A DNA stretch of 64,000 bases from Psilocybe cubensis (taxonomy: Eukaryota), in contig CM039009.1 of assembly GCA_017499595.2 (NCBI GenBank), positions 1,240,001-1,304,000 on the forward strand. Reading direction: 5' to 3'. How positions within the stretch are numbered: the stretch's first letter is position 1; each line of letters starts with the position of its first letter. Under the pieces are notes generated by a model that did no database searches, was not told where the DNA came from, and saw only the letters and a program-made list of their open reading frames with translations. Positions 1-12,718 of the stretch are shown here, one piece after another. The translations under genes and the position numbers were made by a program.

Positions 1-1
1 A

Positions 2-850
2 GCACCAACTACACCAACAGTACCAATAGTACCAACAGCACCAACAGCACCGATCAACACTCCAGTCGCGTTCGGAGGCATTGCCACCCCGAGAGCGTCT
101 CCGATGACATACGAAACTCAGATTGTCAGTGCAAGTGCCGGTCTCGCCTCGCCTCCCCCTTCTTCAGCGTCATCTTCTGCGATGGACGACGGCCACCGGT
201 TGGCGCCGCTCAGACGCGCACAAGCTGCTGACAGACTCGGAAACAGAGGCTCGTTCAGTGACAGCGCGTCGTCGTCGATGCCTCCGTTATCTGAACTGCT
301 AGGACGTAGACAATCGTCGGACAGCTCGGGTTCTTCTATTCCTATGTCAGGTAGTTCTGGAAGCACATTGCCCGGCAAGCGTTCGTTCTCGGCGCCGAAT
401 GCTACCACAAATGGCGACGCCGCACCTGCTCAAGTTGTTTCTACGAGCACACCCACAAACTCAATGTCGGGCCCAGAGATGGAAGCCTATCTGCTATGCC
501 AGCAACGCCCAGTTAACAACAACATTCACAGCCATGCAAATGGGGTTCCAAAGCACCCTCAGGCGGCCCCGCAATCTCCTCCCAGCGACCCACGACTGCG
601 CGTGCAAGTTCAGCGCGAATCGTCGAGCGTTGTAAAGACGAGTACCGAGAGTAGGCTGCCCACGCCGCCACAGTCTGGGCAGTCGCCGCAGGTCTCGCAG
701 GAACAATTGTTTGCGAGGCCAACGCATACACATGAGCAGATGACGACGGCAACAGCTGCTGCTGGGATTTCGCCATCTGCGCGGGTTTGGCCTGGCCAGA
801 CTGGACCTCAACATCCGTATCCTGTTCCAGGGGATCGTAATAACAGATAA
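2..850 (+). CDS. 3' part of a gene encoding a Ser/Pro/Gln-rich disordered C-terminus; function unknown, 5' end outside window
   Basis: The frame of ORF 104..850 is open back to position 2 (APTTPTVP...), stop TAA at 848-850. No recognisable domain. Confidence 0.6.
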   Translation, partial: APTTPTVPIVPTAPTAPINTPVAFGGIATPRASPMTYETQIVSASAGLASPPPSSASSSAMDDGHRLAPLRRAQAADRLGNRGSFSDSASSSMPPLSELLGRRQSSDSSGSSIPMSGSSGSTLPGKRSFSAPNATTNGDAAPAQVVSTSTPTNSMSGPEMEAYLLCQQRPVNNNIHSHANGVPKHPQAAPQSPPSDPRLRVQVQRESSSVVKTSTESRLPTPPQSGQSPQVSQEQLFARPTHTHEQMTTATAAAGISPSARVWPGQTGPQHPYPVPGDRNNR

Positions 851-1977
851 TGATCGCTGCCTGGTTTCTGGTTCGACGGCGGGTGACCCGGGCTAGCCTA
901 GCCCTCCATGTCTTGATTGTTGCGGATGGTCCGACGACGACGACTCACTTGTTAGTCGTATAGTGGTACCGTCCTCCCCGCGACACCACTTGCAATTTTA
1001 TTTGCGCACGTCCATAACATGGGCAACGCGCATTCTCATTCGACCCAACCGCCACTTTAAATCTATTTGCATCTTTTGACCCATTTTCGTTCTCCGAGGT
1101 TCGACTCAACTCACTTGATCAGGCAAACGGCGCGCCGCATTGCACATTTATTGACACAGGCCACCTTTATTTTGGCTTTTTCAGCATCATCATCATTTCC
1201 ATGATTGCCATCTTGATACTCATTTCTTGAATCATCTTTCGACTTTCTTGCAACACTTTGTTCTTTTTCACCGTTTATTATCCCACTGCTCCAATTTTAG
1301 CAGCGATTTTGCTACTCACACTACCATTGATGAACAACCATGACCAACCATGAAGCCCGTAGCGTAAGAATTCATATAATCCCTCCTACATACTATATAC
1401 TTGCCACTCCAGATTCCAATTTGCCACACAATGCAGACCTCACAGAACGTTGAGATTGCAGCCTCGTGTAAATACAAATACCTCGTGTTTCAATTCTGTA
1501 CTTGTATTTCTTGAAATGATACATTGGACAAGCGTCCAGCAATTAATATTCCGAAATATCCTGCTTGTGTGCCAACAGATGATCACACTGGGGCTCCACA
1601 CTAGCCCCGTTTGCAATGCTCGCGAGCGAGTCTTACTTTGCAGGCTCAACTCAAAGCATTCTTGCAGTCGATCCTCTTCCTCCTCACTTCACCTAGGCAC
1701 ACCCGGCGGCACAACTGTTCTTACTGACGTCTCTGCACGTTTATTTGGCGCTAGTAACTTTATTCAAAACCCCATGGATTATATTCTGAATAGTCAGATA
1801 TCGCCGCGGCATCAGAAGTGTCGGACCGAGAAGTCTTCAGTTGCTGGTTGCCATATGCATACGGCAGTGCCGTTACTTAAGAAGTAGCGCGAAAAATATC
1901 CTTCTCTGTCTGTTCTCATCCCTATAACCTACTCGCAAAACGCCCCCCGCTGGCGGCCCTGCAAATCCCACAAGTCG

Positions 1978-4165
1978 ATGAGCTTCCTCCATCGCCGACG
2001 CTCGCTTCAAGCCCCACTTCTCGTTAAGGAGAAGGAAAAAGACCAAAAACAAACAGTTCCAGCCGTCTCTTTGATCCCAGCACCATCAATATCTGCTGCT
2101 GCCGCCATCGAGAATGTTCCGCGAAAGGGGACGCGAACACGGACTACGAGCGCGTTAGGTGTCATCAAACGCGTCTCGTCCATTTTTACAGGCTCGACGC
2201 CGCGCAAGAAGGCACCTCCCAGTTTGTCGATCGTCGATCACGCGCTCGAGACAAATTCCCGGCCGCGCTCGTTCAACTTTGAAGTTTCCTCCATAATCTC
2301 CTCCACCGAGTCCGAAGACGACATACGCAGGCCGAGTGGCCTGGGTAGCCCCGTCGCGCTCACTATACACTCCAACTTGTCGCTACCGCCGTCTCCGTTT
2401 TCTCCGACAGGCCCACAGGAAGTTTACAACGCGTATACTTTTGATGGGAATGGCGAGTACCAGCGGACCAGGGCAGTTAGCTCACCTAACCTGCTCCGGT
2501 CGCTCAGCTGGAAGGTCAGAGAGAAAGTCAAGGCGCACCATGCGTCGATCACGCCCAGCCCGACTAGCGAACAACCGCCATCGCCGCTGTCGCGGATGTT
2601 TTCGATTCAGTTCCCGTCCGAAATCCTGGTCCTCGTCATGGCCCACCTACCTCGACATGACGTAGCGATCGCTGCTACAGTCTCCAAACTATACGCCGCG
2701 GCTGCACGTAAAGCGTTATATGATTCTCTAGACTTTGACTCGCTCTCCCCGTCCCAGGCAGAAAGATTAATTGCGCAATTGGCGTCGCGAAGGGATTTGA
2801 CAGACCTAGTAACGACGTTCGTCTGCCGAGCTTGGCCACCTTTCTACATGTCAGGCAGTGGCGTACACGGACAGCCGTCTGCCCAGAATGGTCGTGAATT
2901 CAAGCACCAGGACGCCTTGCTAACGGCAACCTTCACACTGGCGCTAGAGCGCATGTCGAACCTCCACTCACTTACATTACCTTCCTTTGACCCATCCCTT
3001 CTTTCCCAGTACTCCGTGTTTGGTCTCAGAAGCTTGACATTGCTAAATCATGCCTCGACAGATACCGAAATCAAGGAGATCCTTACCTGGTTGGACGCCC
3101 AAGCTAACATCACATGCCTACGATTCCCGAATCTTGAAGATATACCTCCGAAAGCCTCAGACATACCAGTCCTTAATCTTGACGATACCCAATCAACCAC
3201 CGAGCCATCAACGCCATTCCTTCGCCCGTATACTTCCAACGGTTTATCCCCGCATGTCTCTCCTTTGTCGTCGCCCCGCTCAACCATCTTCCATTCGCCA
3301 TCCACGCCGCCTAGTCCATCCGCTATATTGCCCGCGTCGACGTTGCTACCGAACCTGAAAATTCTCCATGCGTCATCTACCTTGGCTATGCTACTCTTAC
3401 CTTCTGAGCCACACGTTCGTCAAACGCTTACATCCGTAACCCTGAACATCAGCGCCACCCTGTACAACGGCCTGCGGCCTGCCGCTCTGATGTGCGCCCT
3501 GAAAGGCATCACGCACCTCTCTCTCCGATTCAGCGAAAATGTCGATAAACGGACGCTCGAAAAAGTCGTGGGCGCTGCTGGAGCCTCGTTGGGTTTGGTG
3601 TACCACAAAAGCCCGGTTACAGTGGACGTCACGCCTCCGGACGACTCTCAAACTCCGCCCATTTCAACTTCGTCCAACAACGAACGGTCGGGCCTTCGTT
3701 CGCTAGAAATCTCCTTTCCAAAACGCTCTACTGCTCCATCGGGACGTGAAGAGGTTAGTCTGCGTCTTTTTTGTCTTTATGTGCGATCAGAATCTGATTG
3801 GAATGTGTGTTGTGTGCTTTTATCTTGCTTTTTTTGTCCGGTGCTAGGCCCTTTACAAGAGCCTGCATGCATCGCTGGCGCGATACAAGATGCTTACTTC
3901 TCTGCGGCTTTTCGTCGACCATCCCGATCAACCAGATGAGCAAGATTATGACGGAGTAGATTCCGATGCGCAGAAGGAGAAAGGCAAACACAACGCGAGC
4001 ACGCCACCGCCTCCTTCTGCGCTAGAGCTCATCCTCATCTCCTCGTGGGTGAAGCTCTGTCCCACCCTAGAGTTCATCACACTTTTCTCTGGTTCGCGCT
4101 GGGACCGCGCTACCCAGCCCATCCAGAAAACGCAATCGGAACCGAAGGTGTTCAAGTTTCCATAA
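1978..4165 (+). CDS. Protein with disordered N-terminus, F-box-like motif and LRR-like C-terminal region
   Basis: Long ORF with FPSEILVLVMAHLPRHDVAIAATVSKLY (F-box-like). Intron 3754..3847 (GTTAGT...CTAG) joins in frame to ALYKSLHASLARYK-MLTSLRL..., which is ORF 3890..4165. Confidence 0.75.
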
Positions 4166-4817
4166 TGTTTTTTTTTAAAAAAAACTTCTGCTGGACACAC
4201 GACCCGGCGCTACCTCACCTCCTGTCTTTCAGATCCGAGGTCGCCTTACGCTATGACAATGCCGTCCCTTTTGGACCCACACTTGCACACACACTCCATT
4301 CGTTATCCTGGTTTATACCCTTAAAAATGCAATCGCCAATTGCTGCACGACCCGCCCGGCGTGTGATCGATTCAGAAATATATTGTTAATTACTATCCAC
4401 GCTACAGCAACTCTACCCCTCCCATCCCCATACCGCACTAGTGAACTCACATTCGAGATTTTTGTCCTGCTTTAACCTCCTCAAGTATCTACAAGTGTTA
4501 CATCTGTGTATCCGTTTTCATCTGTTCGAGTTAACTTATTTTCTTGCAGATTCTAGTCACTGCTTTTTTTTATTTTTCTTTCCTGGCTTTTTAGTGGTAG
4601 TAGTGGACACTATACCCTGTATTTTATATTTATATCATCTAATCGATAGTGCAGCATATAAACTATATCTATATCCTCCTTTCCTTTCTTCGTGCTTATT
4701 TTGGGTCAGGCTTTAGAGTTGTTACAAATACAATTCCATTGTTGTCTTCCGTAGTTTGTATATAACTACAATCTACCGCAGCTACTTTTTCAATCAACAA
4801 CACACACTCAAAGATTA

Positions 4818-7754
4818 TTACTCTAGGGTAATAAATAGGTGTTTGCTCGTTAACACTGCCTTAGCACCTGGTACGATCACGATCGTCTGCGTGTTGTCGA
4901 TGATCATCGCCGGGCCCTGCACGACGTCGCCAATTTCCAGGTTGTCCAGCAGAAACACGGGCGTGTCGTCCACTCGGCCGACCTTGTCGAAGTACACGCT
5001 GTATCTTGAATCGACTTTCGCGGCATGGTCAACGTGCGTTTGGGTGAGTTGCTCGACTTCCTCGTAGACAGACTGGCCGAGCGTGTCAAAGGTCTTTCCA
5101 ATGCCGCGGACCTAGAGAGTTGAAAAGAAAAATTAATTACTACACCAAAAAATTGAAAGAATACCACGGCAAAAAAAAAAACACGTACTTTAATATCGTC
5201 AACGATGATGACCTTTGTCTCGAGCAAAAACCCAAACTCAGACTTATACACGCGCTTGAACGCCGCCTCGAAGTCCTCGTCGCCCTCACCGTCTCCGTCC
5301 ACAGGAAGAACCATAAGCGCTGTATCCGTGCCCTCAAAGCGCATATTGAGCATACGCTCGACGTGAATATGGTCGTCGTCGAAGCCCTGCTTCCCCAGCT
5401 CAGTACGCACCTCCTTTGTCAGTTTGTCAAGCCGGGCTTTGAGCGTTGGCACGTTCTGTGGGGTGTAGAACGTCGAGCTCGGTTCTTGCAGTTCAAATGC
5501 TCTGTTTTGAGAAGAGGAGGGTGGGTGATTTTTAGTGATATAGAAGAAATAGAGTAGGTGGTGGGTACGTACCGGTCTGCAAGGGCCAGGCCGTAGGCAG
5601 AGAGGATAGAGCTGTAGCGATGGATTAGGATGGTTTTGATGCCTAGCAGGCTGGCGATTTCGCATGCATGCTGACCGCCTGCCCCACCAAAGCTTGCTAG
5701 ACTAGAGGCACAGGTTTAGAAAGGTACATTCAATTGCCTGTTACATGGCAGTTAAAAAATTTACATACGTATGTTTCGATGTAGCATGGCCCCTTGCCTC
5801 GGTCAACGCGCGAATAGGGCGACACATGGTCTCATTGGCAACCTTGATAAACCTGATACATCGCTCCGAAATTCAGCCCGGTCCAAATGTGAATGAAACC
5901 ACCACGCACCCGTAAACTATCTCATCCAGCGAAAGCTTTTTATCCTGGTCAGCGTTAATTTCCTCCGCAAGCTTTTCAAACGCGGACCGTGACGCCTCAG
6001 CGTCAAGAGGCTCCTTTTCAGATTTTCCGAAGATCTTGGGGAAGTAGTCAGGTATCAGCCGGCCAAGGAGCAGGTTCGCGTCTGTAACAGCCAAAGGACC
6101 TCCTTTTCTGTGCGGTTTTTGTGTTGTAAGCAAATGCCTTTATATACTGAGAGATAATTGGGTTGTATCGTACCGGTAGCAAGCAGGACCTGGCTGAGCC
6201 CCAGCACTTTCTGGGCCGGCCAGGAAGAGACCGTTGCGGAAAGTGAGACAGGATCCGCCGCCTGCCGCAACAGTGTTGATATCTAGCTGAGGGGACTGGA
6301 TAGTAACGCCCGCAGTAGTCGTTTCATAGACCACCTCGTATCGTCCATCAAATCGGGATACATCCGTTGATGTTCCTCCAACGTCCAGCCTAGAATACTG
6401 CAAATGAGCGGTGCTCGTTTAGAGCAACGATGACACATACCCAATGATAGGGTGCTTCCTCTTTTCGTCCCAGCTAGTTAGTGCATAACCAACCACACCT
6501 CCAGCAGGACCACTAAGGATACTCTTCAGCCCAGAGAAGTTATTGAGGTCTAGCAGGCCACCGTCGCTTCCCATAAATTCAACGCGTGGGCTCCGCAAGG
6601 AACCATCTTTCAATTTGCTATCAAAACCACCGAAGAACCCATCGAGATATTCTCGTAGGATGGGAGTAAGATATGCGTCTGCGGTGGAAGAGACACCACG
6701 GGGCACCATTTTGATCATGGGCAGTAGCTGTGCGGATTCAGAGATATGGGTGAAGCCGACTTTGCGCGCGATGCCGCCTATGAGACGTTCATGTTCGGGG
6801 AAGGTGTATGAGTGCACGAGAACGATGGCTATCGACCGGAAGCCTTCATCGTAAATCGCCTTTAGGTCTTTTTCTACGGTGGCAGGATCTACGTATAGAA
6901 TGTCAGAACCCAAAGTAACGTTTGAAATTAATAGGAGTAATATACCAGGCTTCTTCATAATTCGTACTGCCTCTCCAGATAGACCTTTCACGATCTCTCC
7001 TGGGCCCTCTGCATCACCCTGTCCGTCCCAGCCTTTGCCTCGATACCCCCTAACAACTTTGCCGTCCTCGTCGAATTGAACTGCATGTTCCTCTGCCTTG
7101 GGGTCGGAGGTGTATCCTACAAGCGTCACTCGTTCATCCACTTCAAGGACCTTGGAGTACAGTGGAGCAGGTCGTCGGATATTGAGATCAAAGATTTTAG
7201 GACGCGACTGGTTTCCGATAAGCAGAAGATCTTTGAAGCCTTTCGTGATTACGAGCGCGTGCTTGTGGCCTTTTCGTTCGAGCAGAGCATTGGTGGCTAC
7301 TGTCGTTGAAAGTCGGATGTAATCTAACAAACAACGCGTCGGTTATTACTCTCCTAAAGATATTAGATCTTGGAAAGAGAGCTTACCAATTTTATCAGTC
7401 TTGAGGACTGAACCCCTAGGAATCTGTTCGCCGGTGACAGCCTCCAGCACTCGACGGATGCCTTCTGTCGGGGCGTCTTGATAGTTACCTGGATCTTGCG
7501 AGACTATACAGAAAGGCCGGAGTCAATTTACATGTCATCGCACATGGTCTTCCACAAACTGACGCAGCTTCACAACAAGCTCCTTTCTCTGTTCAGGATT
7601 TTCAGGATCGGGGTACGATCTAATTGGCAGCCATATCAGATAAACTCCGTGATGAGCACAGGAAAAACAGCTTTGCAACTTACGCGTGAACATCACAGAA
7701 CGTGCCTCCTCTATCAGCGCAGATGCGGATCGAGCGATCAGGTATCGTAGGCAT
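4818..7754 (-). CDS. 5-oxoprolinase / hydantoinase A-type protein (N-terminal half of eukaryotic OXP1/OPLAH only), multi-exon
   Basis: Motifs [84 protein letters not shown]. Last exon [32 protein letters not shown] is followed by TAA TAA (first stop 4818-4820). Confidence 0.92.
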
Positions 7755-8395
7755 TACGAGAAAAAATAGGTTTGAATGCTGATACTGATAGAGCGACGTC
7801 TGATATGTGTGGGTCCACCTTCTGGGTTGGGGGATTGTGTATTTTGCAAGGACTTTTGAATGGCCCCAATACGACTCCAAGTCCTATTTTGGAGCCCGCT
7901 CGGAAACGAAACGGAATCCAGCGAACCGGAGGAGGCGGCGCCATTCTCGACAGATTTTTGCACACTGCATACTTTGGAGAGCCGTATAATCTAAGATAAG
8001 GTCACGGACGCTGCGAAAGATGGAAAGACGTGAGATTGGCTTTCCGTTGTTTCCGTTTACGACCTATGAACATCGTGCCTTTGACAGTTGCGGCATTCAG
8101 ACGGGATGATCTATCCTGATGGTTAGGGTTACAGTGAGTAAGCTATTGCTTCCGAACTGACTTAGCCGCTCAACTACACCAGTAACCACCATGACCATCC
8201 TCGTAGCGCTTACCATTGACAAGACACGCTTCCAATATCACTCCGAAGAGAAATGAGACAACAAAGACGACGGAACTAACAGGAACGCAGCAAGAAAGTC
8301 AAAAGGGTATTGTCATTAACCGCCTACAGGAGGACGCTTTACTAAAGAATAATCGACACTATCCATAACACGCAACCACACAAGAACCCAGTAAT

Positions 8396-8873
8396 CTAGA
8401 GGTTGACAGGAGTGCATCCAAGGTTGATGAGACCATCTACGAGAACGCGAAAGATCAGTAAAAAGAACAAGGAACACCCCAACAGTGACTTACTGTAGTG
8501 GTTGCTGGTGCAGCAGACGGGTTGCGTAGAGCTGAGACGACCAAGGTCAGCATTTTTTAGAGAAAGTATGTGATGGAACTGACCAAACGTTGCCACCAGC
8601 GGCGATGACACTAAGGGGAGAGCAGTTGATGCCGACCTGTCCAGTAATAGCACCGGCAACGACGTTAACAAGGCTGCCCAAGAAGTTGGCTTCCGAGGTG
8701 CCAGCAGCGTAGGAGGTGTTGCCTATGAAAGAGTTCATGAAGAGAACACAAAAAAAGGATTGTGAAGACATACAGCATTGAACATCGCCAGTGTTGCAGG
8801 AGGCGTTGATGTCACCAGCAGCGACGAAGACAGCCATGGAGGCAGCAGCGAAGATAGCGAACTTGGAGAACAT
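8396..8873 (-). CDS. Class I hydrophobin (4 exons)
   Basis: Signal peptide MFSKFAIFAAASMAVFVAA. Spliced product has 8 Cys spaced C-X6-CC-X32-C-X12-C-X5-CC-X12-C and ends GLINLGCTPVNL*. Three GT-AG introns. Confidence 0.95.
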
Positions 8874-8924
8874 TTTGAAGTTAAAGTAGAGGGGTGAGAG
8901 GGTGGTAGCTTTGCTGCTTTTGGC

Positions 8925-9148
8925 GTTGAGTAGACGATGTGAGTACTTGACTGAAGAAATGTAGGTGTTCCACTGAGGTCTTTATAGTTTTCCCCCATGG
9001 ATCGGCGCCACCTCAAAACGCGAAACGCGTAGACGCGTCGGGGACTAAACGTGAGCAGCCTAGAATTTTTTTCAAAACTTACGAGAAAAAAGCTTCGAAT
9101 GTTTAGCGGATTAGATGTCTCCGCGATACTGATCAACACTAGAAGTTG
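8925..9148 (-). promoter_or_regulatory. Hydrophobin 1 promoter block: TATA box plus motifs shared with paralog
   Basis: TATAAA on - strand near 8981-8986. ACGCGAAACGCG, AGACGCGTCGG and GCTTCG..ATGT..AGCGGATTA.ATGT blocks are also present upstream of hydrophobin 2. Confidence 0.55.
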
Positions 9149-9825
9149 TTTTAGTTTATAACTACGTAATGGGCGCGTTGTTGTCAAGTTGCAGAGTTGT
9201 ACGTGATTGTACGCGTCCATCACCGACACCGACAGCGCCAATAAGCCAATTCGGGCCCGCTACGTGAGCAATATGCGCGCAACGCCGCCTCTTATTTCTC
9301 TACTAGCCGCGTTCTACATTTTGTAAGCTTCTTTCTGTATTCCCACTCCTTCAATAGTTTTTGACCTTAAATTGCAGTATATAGGTCTTTGCTTGTTGAG
9401 CTATGGTTACCGAATCTTTGGAACTGTCCTGAATAAACGCCTAAACACTAACGTTACACCCCCTGGCCCGCGTTCGATTAACGGTATACTCCGCAAGGTG
9501 CCTTCTCAACAAAAATGGCTAATGAACGATAAAATCCAAGTATAGCTCTAAATACCAAAAATATTCAAATAGACCAAATTGCGCGACTTCCGACAAAAGT
9601 GAATGGGACACCGGGCCACCAAAAGACATACCGACAACGAAATGGCAGACGACGAAACCTCCCTGCCCAACGTGAAAGACCGAGAGAAGAGTATTATGAT
9701 TAATCGCCTAATAAACGATATCCCAAATCCGAATTATCCACTACTACGCGACAAACACCATCTCAATCACAAATCATGACCAGCTACTACGCTCATCAAA
9801 AGTCCACCGAATCAGATTAACCAAC

Positions 9826-10329
9826 TTAGAGGTTGGCGTTGACGGGGTTGCAGCCAACGTTGACGAGACCGTCTAAAAGAAGAACATTCAGAAACTAATA
9901 AAATTGGGAAGGCAATGAAGCTTACTGAAGTGGTTGCTGGTGCAGCAGACGGGCTGGGTAGAGCTGAAAAATTGCAGAATAAAATAAGATTGCGGGGCAA
10001 TGCAGATGGAGGAAAAAGTTAAACTGACCAGGAGTTGCCAGCAATGGCGAGAACGCTGACGGGGGTGCAGTTGACACCGACCTGGCCGGTGATAGCACCA
10101 GCGACAACGCCGACGAGGCTAGCGAGGAGGTTAGCCTCCTTGGTGCCAGCAGCGTAGGAAGTGTTGCCTGCGAACAACAAAAACATGATCAGCTAACGAC
10201 TCAAAATGAAAGAGCCGAAGGAAACATACAGCATTGGACAGCGCCGGTGTTGCAAGAGTCGTTGATGTCGCCAGCAGCGACGAGGACGGCCATGGAGGCG
10301 GTGAAGAGGACAGCGATCTTGGCGAACAT
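9826..10329 (-). CDS. Class I hydrophobin, tandem paralog (4 exons)
   Basis: MFAKIAVLFTASMAVLVAAGDINDSCNTGAVQCC|NTSYAAGTKEANLLASLVGVVAGAITGQVGVNCTPVSVLAIAGNSC|STQPVCCTSNHF|NGLVNVGCNPVNANL*. Same intron positions as the 8396..8873 gene. Confidence 0.95.
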
Positions 10330-10394
10330 TTTGATAGTGATTAAGGAGATGGGGGTAAGAGGGTAAGTGGTTGCTTTTTTGGGTTTTTAAGTAG

Positions 10395-10642
10395 TAGTAG
10401 TAGACGATGTAGAGTACTCGACTGGAGAAAAGTTGGTGCTGTTGGGGTTGGCTTTATACTTTTTTTACCTCCTTCCTGGGGGTAGAGGTTCCACTGACTT
10501 GGACTTGCCAGCTCAGAGCACTGGAGCGACGCGAAACGCGGAAGTCTGAAGACGCGTCGGCGAATTGATTGTTGTGGCTAGACCGCTTCGATGTCCAGCG
10601 GATTACATGTTTCTCCTCGTATAATCGACGCTAGAAGGCGTT
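10395..10642 (-). promoter_or_regulatory. Hydrophobin 2 promoter block: TATA box plus motifs shared with paralog
   Basis: TATAAAG on - strand near 10452-10458. Same ordered conserved blocks as 8925..9148. Confidence 0.55.
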
Positions 10643-12104
10643 GAACGCTGATGGGGTGCTAATTCGCGTATATATCATTATGTTAATGGTTAAACTTAAT
10701 GTTATGTTAGGTTATGTTACGCGGTTGAGATGCCGCCGAGGACGCGTCGCGTTGATGTTGAGATGTCCAGATGGGTTAATACAGTATTACTATTAGTATT
10801 AGGCGTTTTGGTGAGTTGATGAATACTGTAAACGCTTAGTTATTTTCGATTTTCGCCACCGCTCAAAGTCAAAGTTCGAGTGCTTGGGGTTTAATTCTCT
10901 CCACTTCTACGAAATCACTCGGTGGGAAGGCCATTCAAGACGCGGTAATGCCTTTACGCTTCGTACTGAGGAAGTTATTAACAAGACAATATGTACCGGT
11001 GCCAGAATTCAAATTTTCGAAATTAAAAAACGGCGCGGAGCGTGATGATGATGGAAAGAACCACAAAATTAGCTCGTGAATTTGAAAAAACATGCTCCCC
11101 AGACGGCGGACGCGTACCCTCAGCGTTGACAGCGGCGTGTCAGAATCAGATCCACACCCTACAAGCACACACAAATGGCTTCTGGAACTTCTTGTACTTG
11201 CATTTACACGCTGTGATTACAATAAATTAAATCAACTAGCGGGTGGAGGTTGCCACGATCTCAAAACTCGACTTGCTGGCTCCAGCCTCCCCCTTGTTCT
11301 TCAAATTGGAAATCAAAATGTGTACGTACGTACGTACGTGTGTATATATTGTAGATCCTTATTCTATTTCGTGAGTTAGTTTACTAGGACCCACCGGAAC
11401 TTTCCGAGAAAATAATTCTTCCCTTGAGGCTTGAAGTCAAGTATTGTATCATAAGTGGCGCGTTTTTGACGTGGAAGAAGGAAAATGAAATTTCATAGTG
11501 ATTTAGTATGTATTCAATATTGAAAGTTCATGTTCAGGCCTCAGAATCCAGAATACAGTAGACGACTCCACTGAGGTCATCCCACTCCGCGGCACTCCAC
11601 TACGAGTTACGGGTTACGACTCGTTTTTCACTGACAATTGTCTTTTGGATTCAGCATAGGACTCGTAAAGTCGTAACTCACGTTTTTCACTCAAACAAAT
11701 CAAGTTAGCTGAGGGTTTCAACGTTCACGTTCCGAGCACTCAAGCTGGCTGCTAACCCCGGATCCAAGCGCGGCCCACTGCCCAGCGATAGTTATCGCCG
11801 CCCTCCCTGAGCTGAGCACCAACCAATTCAAATTTCCAGGGACCCATCCCATTTCTTCCTCTTCTTCTTCTTCGTTTTCGTAAGTGCACGCCTCACACTG
11901 ACGGTAAGTGCAAGGAGTCAATTCAATAGCCGCTCCTTAGCTCTGTGCCCCGTCCGGGAAATGCCTGAATACAGTACATACGTACATACTGATACATAAT
12001 TTCGAAGCGGGCTGGGATTCCTCGACATTGTACGGTTTGGATGTTGAGTTCGTGGATGATGACCCTTTTCTAATTCTTGCTGATTGCCTTTGCCAGTGGT
12101 GTGT

Positions 12105-12718
12105 CCCGACTACCTTCTATTTCGAACCCGACTTGAGTCGACTTCGTCGATCAGGTCGACCCGACTATAATCTATTTCTAGTCCGACTAAGCCGCCCAAG
12201 TCGACTTGGTCGTGTCGGTCGACGACTATGTTCTAGCCCGACTATATTCGACTTCGAATCCGACTTGGTCAATCAGGTCGTGTTTAGTCGACCCGACTAT
12301 GTTTTATTTCGAGCCCGACTAAGTCGAGTTAGTCGTGTCGGTCGACGACTATGTTGTATTTTTGGTCCGACTATGTCGACATAGTCGTGCAGGTCGACCC
12401 GACTTTGTTCTATTTCTAGTCTGAGTTAGTCGCCCAAGTCGACTTAGTCGTGTCGGTCGACCAATTATATTCTATTTCGTGCCCGACTAAGCCGCCCAAG
12501 TCGACTTGGTCGTGCAGGTCGACCGACTATGTTCTATTTCGAGTCCGACTTGGTCAATCAGGTCGTGTTTAGTCGACGACTATGTTTTATTTCGAGTCCG
12601 ACAATGTCGATCAGGTCGACCGACTATATTCTATTTCGAGCCCGACTAAGCCTCCCAAGTCGACTTAGTCGTAATTCGGTCGACCGACTATGTTCTATTT
12701 CTAGTCCAACTTGGTCAA
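12105..12718. repeat. Degenerate palindrome-rich minisatellite, ~12 units mostly 44-64 bp
   Basis: Core GACTATGTTCTATTTCGAGYCCGAC recurs at about 12108, 12163, 12224 (short), 12240, 12295, 12347, 12401, 12463, 12525, 12578, 12622 and 12686. The linkers are rich in GTCGAC. Confidence 0.9.

Noticed and set aside
12105-12718. CRISPR-like array (repeat core with variable spacers)
   Set aside because: The spacers are recurring variants of each other, the cores are degenerate, there are no cas genes, and the context is eukaryotic.
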